A DNA stretch of 64,000 bases from Lama glama (taxonomy: Eukaryota), in the NCBI GenBank assembly GCA_028534125.1, contig CM052816.1, positions 46,874,001 to 46,938,000 of the forward strand, read 5' to 3'. The notes beneath the pieces are model-generated. The model was not told where the DNA came from. It did no database searches and saw nothing but the letters and a program-made list of their open reading frames with translations. The position numbers were made by a program, and so were the translations under genes. How positions within the stretch are numbered: position 1 is the first letter of the stretch; every line of letters begins with the position of its first letter. This document shows, piece by piece, positions 10,701 through 19,950 of the stretch.

Positions 10701-12689
10701 TAAGACAGTAGTTTCTGTAGCTTCTAATTGTAGAAGCATCTCAAATCTTCAGTGTCTTGGCTTTCATGATAGTTGCTTGGGTTCTAAAAATGCATATAAT
10801 TGTTAAATGTAGAAATATAGTCACATTAATTTACACAAATATAGTGGTGATACACATACAGACATGCATGCATCATATCTTTCTACTTTCACCAACCCCC
10901 ACCCAGACATATATAAAGCAAAAAAGATATTCTAAAAATGTCTGACATTTCTTGGGATTTTGACTTAAGGAATTGAATTCATCTGACTATATGCTTGCTT
11001 TTTGTAGTACATGCCAAATCACTAATTATTCTGCTTCTAGGTCTTGGAAAGCAAGGCCAAAATACTCTCAGTATTCCAAGGCAGCAAAGCTCATTAGGGT
11101 TTTAGATAATGTCAAAATGGCATGTGCCTCAGTGATGTGTTCAGTTCTTACCCAATAGTTTATGTCATGGCTCATAGTTCAAGAAGGAACTGTTAACTCT
11201 ATGGGAATGTGTTTCTCTGATTTTGTTTGTAGTTTGCATGTATGTTTTATATATAACCCTATGCAGCCATTTCTGATTGTACTTCTTGGACAAGATTTGA
11301 TAGGAAAAATAGATGAGTGATTTCTATAGCTTAGTCTTTTCTAAATGATCAGGACAAGAATGCTCACTAAAAAAGAAAATTACAAAAAATCTAGGGAAAA
11401 GTTGGCATCATGCTACTAAATTATATATTTAGTTGGTGTAATACTGCTGTTGAATTTTTAATTGGGGCTTTTCTTAGCAATTCTGGTTTTCTTTACTTGT
11501 CAGTCTGTTCTATAGGATTTACATATATGTGCTCTGTATGTAATTTGGCAACCATATTCACACTCACGTCTTAAATGAATAAATTACTGAATTAATGAAA
11601 GAGTGTATATTAATTTTGAAAGTGTTTTAGTCATTGGGGAAAATAGTCAACCTATAAAAATGAGAGTATTGTGATAAACTAGTGATGTGTGAAATGAATA
11701 TGAAGATTTATGACATTCATATGTGGCATATATTTAAAGAATAGAAATACCACCAAACATAACTCATAATTTTGGAAAACAGTCCATAAAATTCATGCAT
11801 ACTGAATATGCATCTTATGTGGACTTTACCTTAGATGTTCTGTTGAGGGGCCTCTGACTATTAGAACTGTACACATCATAGATGCATTGGACACAGATTT
11901 CCCATTACAAAGGAGAGAGAAAAAGAAAAGTCATCTTTTAAGTGATCATATTCACAGTTTAAAAAGTCCTAAAAAAAAAGAAATGAAGCTAATTAATTAA
12001 TAAAACAATATCCCTTTCTAGACAGAAGAAAGGTGGGGGTGAGGAAGGGGAAGGCGGGGGGGGGGGTAGAGTTATGTACGCTCTTAACATCCAGGTGTGT
12101 ATCTGTCTTTTGAACAAGGTAACAATCCTTCTTTATACAATTTCATAAGGAAGACCAGTACATTTTGCCCTTCTGGGTGAAAATTGATGTTTGAAACTAC
12201 AGACAAAGGCTCAGCATTTTTATTACAGCAGAGTTGCGTACAACGTTAGAAACTATTGCTGCAGTATTTACCTGTGCCACATTCTAAGGCACACCCTATA
12301 TAGAGTCATTTAAAAAAAAAACAAACCAGGATGAAGTCGGCTTGCTTAAGAGCATTCAATTTGAACTTACAGAACAAAATACGCTGCCCTATCGCCACGG
12401 TACATAGATACAAAACATGCCTGAGCTGTGAAGCCATTAAAAACACAACACCAGAGCAAATTGTCAATGTAATCACACATCGACTCACTGTGTAATACAG
12501 ATCTGATTCCCAGCCCCAGAAAGCAAGGCCCTGCTTTAAGCAATACCAAAGTGCCTTCCATCTCTCTGCCCATGCAATCTGCCAGAAGAGAAATGCAGGT
12601 AAAGACGTTCCTCAGATCTGAAATGCTTTTATCTGTCCTTAGAGAGAGATTTCTTCCAGTCTTTGGATATTAGAGCGATCTACACTAGC

Positions 12690-13030
12690 ACCGAGGAGGT
12701 AAAAGGCCGCGGGTTGCTTTTCCAGGAGCAGGCGGTAGTGCTAACGGAAGAGATGTTGATTGAGAAAATAGGACTGTTGCAATGCTGCCGCTGCTGCCGC
12801 CGCCGCTGCCGCTGCTCGGGCAGCAGGCGTGGGGCAGTTGGATGATCACTGATGCATATCAATAACCGTGTACTTGAGATTTCTCATGACATCATCATTA
12901 CCTTGGTCTCCCGCGGTCTCGAACCTTTGACCCCGTCGGGCTGGTCCACGTTTTGGCGGTGAAAGCCCCTCCAATGATGGCCCTTTTCTCCTTCTTTCAG
13001 ACCCGGGGCAGCAGCACGCCAGCAAGACGG
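12690..13030. promoter_or_regulatory. Small CpG-rich island just upstream of the hairpin
   Basis: CpG-enriched, with a (GCY)11 repeat and a CRE/ATF-like TGACATCA at 12887-12894. Confidence 0.5.
12784..12816. repeat. (GCY)11 trinucleotide repeat
   Basis: gct gcc gct gct gcc gcc gcc gct gcc gct gct. Confidence 0.9.
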
Positions 13031-13667
13031 CATCTTCTCCTCCCCAGCCTAGAAGCCTTGTGAAATCGAGGATCTTCCCCCCAAAACACACACACACAAG
13101 ATATGTGCAATCAAGCTGCCACCGCTTGGTAAAAAGCTCATGGTGCCTAACCCAAAAGGATCCGGAGCAGATCCTTGAATCAGCTGTCACTTCTTCTATA
13201 GAATGGGATGTTTTTTTTTCCTTCCTCCTTAACCTGCGCTGGAAATTGCCGTTGGCTTTATACATCTCTATAGAGGGAGGCTAAAGAGCCTTGCGTGAGA
13301 ATGAAGCAATTTACAATGCAAATAGAGGCCTGTGAAGGGATGGATGCTGCTGCTCACTCCTAACCGCTTGCTGCACTTTAATAGCTGGTTTTATTTTCTG
13401 ATATTAATAGATGAATTGTTGGCTAACGCTGCCGGAGATTACTTGCTGAAAGGAAAAAAAAAAGTTCGGAATAAACTTTGAAAGCAACAGCTCTCATTTG
13501 GATGTTTTAGCCGCACACACAGACAGAAACCAGGTCGTCTTTCCGTGCAAGGAGGAATCTTATGCGCGTCAAGTCTCCTGGAGGACTACTCTTCTGCTCT
13601 GCCAGAAAGATCCGGATCTGGAGTCTGGCCCGAAGAAGACAGAGGCTGTGAGGGAAGCGAGTTGTTA

Positions 13668-13690
13668 TCTTTGGTTATCTAGCTGTATGA
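13668..13690 (+). ncRNA. MIR9-2: mature miR-9-5p
   Basis: Exact match to the conserved vertebrate mature sequence UCUUUGGUUAUCUAGCUGUAUGA. Confidence 0.99.
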
Positions 13691-13704
13691 GTGTATTGGT
13701 CTTC

Positions 13705-13726
13705 ATAAAGCTAGATAACCGAAAGT
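13705..13726 (+). ncRNA. MIR9-2: mature miR-9-3p (miR-9*)
   Basis: Exact match to AUAAAGCUAGAUAACCGAAAGU on the 3' arm of the hairpin. Confidence 0.99.
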
Positions 13727-16079
13727 AAAAACTCCTTCAAGATCGCCGGGGAGCGTGTGAGAATGAACTCCAACCAAGAGACAGTAAAAACCAGAAAGGT
13801 CAGGAATACTTATTGAATCTAACTTTGTTTGGGGTTTTGTATTTTCCTTATGATTAAAGGTGGGATTAGAGGAAATTGACACACGTATGCCAAAACATAA
13901 AGGTGCAGATATTTTGAAAGAGGTTGTTATAGCTGCGAAGGAGAATTGTAGAGTGCTAATGAGTAAAGAGACACAAACTACAGTTTGTCCTACTTAAAGG
14001 CGAAAGTTTACATATGGAGTTATTTTCTTTTTCTTAGAAAGCTGTTGTGGGGATGTCTAGTACCTAGTTTGAGAATGATTCCATATACATAGACTGAGGC
14101 CGTTCCCTTCTGAAGCCCCTCCCCTGAAAAATTGGAAGATTATGCTTGGAAACTGCATGTATTTGGGTTGTATGTCAAATTATATGAAATCAGACTTTCA
14201 GAAAAGTTTATACTGGAAGGTTAATAATTTGTAGCTACTGAGGACATTGAGCTAGCAGGGAAAGTGCAAAAAAAGAAAAAAAAAGCAAAGGCTGATTTTT
14301 ATTCTTCTATTCAAAATACAAGGACAGATGCTTCTCTGTTCCAAGAGGGTTTCCTTGAGGAAGCTACTGAAGCAGAAAGACATGATGGAGACGAGATCGC
14401 CTCCCCTCTTGTCAAAGTGTTAAAAAAATGTTCTATCTTACTCTGCGCCTAGCATTGGAAATGAAAGTGACATTTACGCCACAACCCACGTGTGCGCCTC
14501 CTCTCTTTTTGTTTAAGGATGATCAGGTCTATCCAGGAAACAGCTCTGGCATCCCAAACTGAAATAATTAGGACGTATATAGACCTGACAAAAATGGAAA
14601 GGGGGTGGGGAATCTGAGGGTCTGTCTTGCCTAATTGATTCCGCTAAACGGAATGCAGGAGATGTGAACGGCAGGACGCTCCGATTCCCACGCTCGGGGG
14701 CAAGTGGTAAAGCGGGGCCCGGCAGCCTATGACAGACAGCCCTGTTGGGGGGTGGGGGTATGAAAAAAACATCAAGTGCACAAACCATACTCATCTCCAT
14801 CGCTTAAGAAAGTAGAGGCATTTCCCACCCACAGCCATCTGCAGCCTCCAACTGGTCTGTAGCTGCTGCATACTGTCTGTTAATTTTATAACCGCTGTTT
14901 AATCTGTCCATAATTAAGTTTGGCTTCTTTCTTTGGTTGAGATTTTCAATATTTAAGGAAAGCTAGTAAAAAAAAAAAAGCTTCCCCAAAAGTCTCATTC
15001 CTACCTGCCCCTCATATCAAATTCTCAGTGCATACTTTTGGCCTTGTGACCACATTTTTTACTTTTGTTTTGGGTGGGTTATATTTAGAAATACGTATCT
15101 CTATAATAACAGGCATTATGATCACCTCTTCAGGCTATTTACCTCTTAACATGGATGGTATATGTAGGAACTTGGCCTAATTATGCCAGCAGACACACAC
15201 TGGAAGTAAAACTATAAACATCAACCTAAAGAGTGTTGATTCCAGTATGATAAAAGGTTATTCTGGTATAGTCCCAGCTAGATGCCTTCTAAACAGCCAT
15301 TTTTATGTAATCTAAAAATGACTGTATTTAGGAGAAACTTTGGCACTTTAGAGGTCCCCCGTGATATCTTTTCCACACGTCACCCAGCAAACATTTGTAT
15401 AGGCATTTAAATATAAATACAAACATGCATTCAAGAATGCCCAAAATGGCTTGTTATCGTCCACGTGGCCTAGATTACAGACAATCCCAAATCCCAAACA
15501 TACAGTTTTTCTTCAGAAGCATTACACTTTCCTTTGTAGTTTCAACTCCTTGTAAGACTGCAGACTGGAGAAGCCTGTAAAACTACTGTTACATTCAGTT
15601 GGAAACTCTGAGAGACTTTACGAACGTAAATTCTCAGTTTGGCTGCTGAACACGTGCCAAAGTTTTACTACTGTAGTGACCGTTGAGAAGACCCTTGTTT
15701 ATTTACATGTGAAGCACTGTTTGTGCAAACAACCTTTCATTGTTAAGTGCCTGTATTCCTTTCATTTACTTCATGTCCAGGGGTGCTATTTACCTAGAAC
15801 CATTGTCTACTACAATTAACATTTACATTACAAAGTGTGTGGTTTTCTTTCTCAAGGAGGTTCAATTAAGGCAATAAGACGTTTGCTGGGGGAAACCTAT
15901 TGTTTACTGCAAGCACTCAATGGAGTCAAATTACTGAAGCTTTTGCCTACATCTTGGTCTTTTATGTAAATGTGTTAAATATAACATTTAAGGAAAATAA
16001 ACAATATTATAATTATGTGTCTGCCATTGTCATATCAAACTTGCTTTGTATCATACTAATGTTACATGACTTATCGATC

Positions 16080-16130
16080 AATAAAAATACATTTCAATGT
16101 TATTATTTTCATTTTATTTTTTGCTGTTCC
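16080..16130 (+). terminator. Polyadenylation signal of the short host transcript
   Basis: AATAAA at 16080-16085, upstream TGTA (16047), CA dinucleotides just downstream, then a U-rich tract TTATTATTTTCATTTTATTTTTTG. A second AATAAA lies at 15996-16001. Confidence 0.7.
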
Positions 16131-19100
16131 ACTGCTCTTGCTGCAACATGTCCCAATTTTTCTTTTTTCTATTACACATCAAACTTCTGACATTTTGTTT
16201 TATTTGTGTGTGTTGAAGAGAGGTACTGTATCTGAGCATGCGTCTGAAGGGCGTCCGAGGTCATCTCTACAGTGACCTTATAATAAGGTGATATTTCTTT
16301 GAAATCTGAAATATTCCAAAGGCGTGTAGATTTAAGTCAAAAGAAGTGTAAATATCAGTTAAGTAGTTCTTTGAAAGCTAGTTGGAACATTGGCAGAAAC
16401 CGGATCAAGTTTATTTAGCATACCACTGCATTGTAAAACAGTTGGAGTGAAGTTGCAGGTTGCGTGAGTATGCATGTTAACTAGTGGGAACCGAGCACAG
16501 TCTTTGTGAAAGGGGAGCAGCAGATTGCTGTGCAAGGCCAATGTTAAAAAGGCAGCTGAATTTAACACCATCTGGAAGAAAAGATCCCTTCACGACTTTC
16601 TCACACCGTCAGACAAAACTAGTGTCTCTTGTTCCGAGCCCTTGTCTATGCAACCATACAATACTGAGTCATTATACTTTTGCTGAGAGAAAATTTGAGA
16701 ACACAATATGGGTAACCAGTGAATGACCAAGTTTCATTGTGCCCGCTTAAGTCGATTGAAATCTACGTCTAGAGCTATGAATGGTAGTATTGTTTTCCTC
16801 ACCAGGGCTGTACTAAATGTCAGCACAGTGTAAAGAAAAACTTGAAGTCTGCAAATAACTTACCAGATCTCAATTATAATATTTTCCCACACTAGAACTA
16901 ATATCATTGCGAGGGGCTACATTGCAGAAAATACAAAAAGAAACGAAAGGAAATAGAGAGTTCATTTAGAAGTTATTTTATCCAGACAAACATTTTAATT
17001 TTCTGATGGGAACTTCAATTCAGGCTGTAGGCTGGGTTGAGAAGTGGAATTCATTACTGCGAAGTTCAAGTTACAAAAATGCTTCTTGTGCAATTAAAAT
17101 AGAATAGAACAAACAACAAGTCCCACCTGAACACCCATCTTCTTAAATATAGAGACTCTTCTTGGGGTTTATTGCTTACAGTACTGCTGAGAATTATTGG
17201 TATGGATCTAGCTTGAATTGTGCTTTAAATTTTGGCAGACACTGCTCTTTCAAAGTTTGCCACTGTGATTGACATTGCAAAAGAACATCGTAGATGTACA
17301 TTTCCAAAAATAGACAACATTCTGGCACCTCCCTAGGTGGAATCTGGTGCCCTCAGGAATACATCTCCCTTTATGTTCCATCCCCTCCCCATTTCCTAAC
17401 TTTTCTGTTCTCAGGGTGTGTGTGAATCAGTTATTATACTTGGGTTTAAGGTTCACACAATCTATTTGACTGTAAACAGTCAGAAAAAGGAAGCAAAACA
17501 GTTCAAAAAGAGTAAAAGGAGTTGGTTGTGTATGTTTTATTAGGATGTCTATTTTAAATATAATTGACTTTGCAATTTTGTTATTGTGTCACCAAGTGTC
17601 GCATAGTTCTTAACATGTAAGTGCAAAACAATGAGTAATTGCTGTTTTGCTGAATAATACATCTGAGTTGCCAACGTCAAAGGTATTATTTTGTGTATTT
17701 CTAAACAGGAACGTTAACTGCAGGTTTTGACATCTAGAATCTTTTCATGAAATACTTAGAAATAGGCCGATAAAATGACATGTGTAAAAGTAAATATAAA
17801 GATATAACCAACTTATTTTCCTTGTCCTACTTTATACCAGAAAATTAACAATGAAAAGTCACCCAATAATGGAATTATAGAGGATATAACATAAAAACAG
17901 GCATACAGAAAAATCCAAAACAGCAACAGAAATGGAAACTAGATAGAGGTAAAAAAAGATATATAGGAAGATTTCTGCAATATCCTTGCAGGATATGAAT
18001 GAATATCTTCACCAGTATCAGCCCCCCTAGTGCAGTTATCATTAATGTGCATGGTAATGAGATAAATGCATTATTTACAGTTAAAATGAATTGTTTTCCC
18101 CAAGTGGCCTTTCTTTAAGTCTTCTTAAACACTACATTTCTGCCATTAGTGCTCTATATTTATTTTTTAAATTAAAATCATTTTCTTATTTGGAAAAATA
18201 TGAAATGTTAATTTGATTTTGTGTAGTCTTTGATGAAAATTAAGAAACCACTTAAATAGTAAGAGATAAGGATAAGCACATTTCAAGTTCATAAACGTTC
18301 TTTATATTCATAGACTTCGTATAATCAGTTCAAGACAGTTTAGCATTTTGAGAAATTTGACTTTTTTAAAATGGAGAGATGAAGCCAAAGGTTTTATTTT
18401 CCAATGTGGCTAGAAAATGTGGGAAGGAAGTGTATAACTATGTATATATCCAGTTTTTTTCTATAGATCTGTACCTCTGGAAATACCACTGTGGTTTAAG
18501 AATATTGGTAGACTTTCCCCACTCTGTCTGGATATAACTTAGCTTTTCCCTGATTACAGTAAGACACACCATAGTATGATGTTGCATTTGGATATGTGCT
18601 GAGAGTGGAGGTGGTGTCTTGGGCAACAGGAGACAAGGTGTCCTTTAGAATTTAGTGAGTAAAAAGACATCTATAAAACTGGATCAATTGTTTTTAACAT
18701 TAGTACTTCGAGACAGTCATAACAGGTCCTAGAGTCATAGGGCATATAAGGTAGTTCTTCAGTGTCTTCATATTTTAATGGATGGCTTTGTTATCCTGTT
18801 TTTGTGTTCATGTTTCTTAGCACAAGTTAACTTAGTACAGAAATAGCAGAAACCTCTGTTCTCATCTGCTTTGAGAATCCATGTCACCCCATTTGGGAAT
18901 TGTTCGATTTTATTGTGGAATTAATTCTAAGGATGGTGAATGAAAAAGAAAAGTATATAGTTATGATTGCTAAGGAATATTTGCCTGCCTTCAATCAGGG
19001 TCGCGAGAGTTAGTGCACTTAGAAGGGTGCTGACCATCTTTGAGGTGGGAGCATGTGGCTTTCTGCTTTGCAGCCAACTGCCAGACCACAGGGGGTAGGA

Positions 19101-19239
19101 CTTTAAAAAGTGAAGATAATCGACTTTATTCAGGGAAATATGGAGTTCTGAGCCATATTTGTTCAAAGAGAAGCACATCACTGTGCTTGGCTGTTTGACT
19201 GGGTTTTAGTTGAGCTCTGCCACAGCGTAGTCTTGAGAT

Positions 19240-19950
19240 CTAAAAATAGCCAGGCTTAGCTGCCGCCTCGCAAGGGGCTTGGCGTGGGCGGTGCACAGAG
19301 GAGACAGTCGACTCTGTGACTGGCTGCGAAAGTGGCTAGGCTAGGCAGTGGCAGCGGCGAAGGCGGCTGGGTCGCCGCCGGGCAGCGCGACGCCTCCCAG
19401 TGACCGCCAACAGCCTGAGTCCTCCTGCAGCTGCGGCTGCTCGCGGCCCATTGCGGAAAGCGGGCGTCTGATTGGTGTTTCCCGGGAGACCAGCTGCCCG
19501 AGCTGCCCGAGCTGGTGCGCCGGCGCGCGCGCTCCTGGGGCTGGCGCGCGCCCCAGGCTGGCGCGCGGCGGGGAGGCCGGGGGCGCGCTGCGGCCCGGGT
19601 AGCCGGCTGGGAGGCCTCCCAAGTTTGCGCGAGCTCAGATTCTGCTGCCTGCCCTCCACAGCTTACAGACCGCCGGACTCGGGCGTCGCAGGACCCCACT
19701 GAGTGGGGCCGCCAGCGTTCCAATGCCTGGTTTGCTCAGTTGCGTCCGTGAGGGCTGTTCTGTGTTTTTTAATTTGCCCGCCCTTCGGCCCCTCACCAGC
19801 GACCTCCGTCCTGCCTCTGAGCCAGTTCGGGACTGGCTGGTGCTCAGGCATCCAGGGAGTTGGGCTTGTGGATGGGGGGTGGCGTCGGAGGTTAGCCATG
19901 CCAGGACGTCGGTCCTGAGATCCGCCTTCCCAGAGATCCTTCTTCAGGCT
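19240..19950. promoter_or_regulatory. Downstream CpG island with promoter-type motifs
   Basis: Very CpG-rich. MEF2 consensus CTAAAAATAG (19240-19249), GGGCGG, inverted CCAAT (ATTGG 19471) and X-box-like GTTTCCCGGGAGAC (19477-19490). Confidence 0.8.

Larger units (their letters stand above)
13653..13739 (+). ncRNA. MIR9-2: pre-miR-9-2 microRNA hairpin
   Basis: Contains miR-9-5p TCTTTGGTTATCTAGCTGTATGA (13668-13690) and the complementary miR-9-3p ATAAAGCTAGATAACCGAAAGT (13705-13726). The loop GTGTATTGGTCT and flanks GGAAGCGAGTTGTTA / AAAAACTCCTTCA are those of paralog 9-2, not 9-1 or 9-3. An apical GUG/UGU (13691-13694) and a CNNC (CGCC, 13744-13747) fit Microprocessor motifs. Confidence 0.99.
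7370..16100 (+). ncRNA. LINC00461: miR-9-2 host lncRNA / pri-miRNA, proximal-promoter isoform (boundaries approximate)
   Basis: Orthology is inferred from the embedded miR-9-2. A CpG-rich first exon ends at a strong donor CAA|GTGAGT (7586). Candidate acceptors are at 12371-72, 12499-500, 12999-13000 and 14321-22, with donors at 12599 and 13799. AATAAA at 16080 is followed by a U/GU-rich element. No long ORF. Confidence 0.75.
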
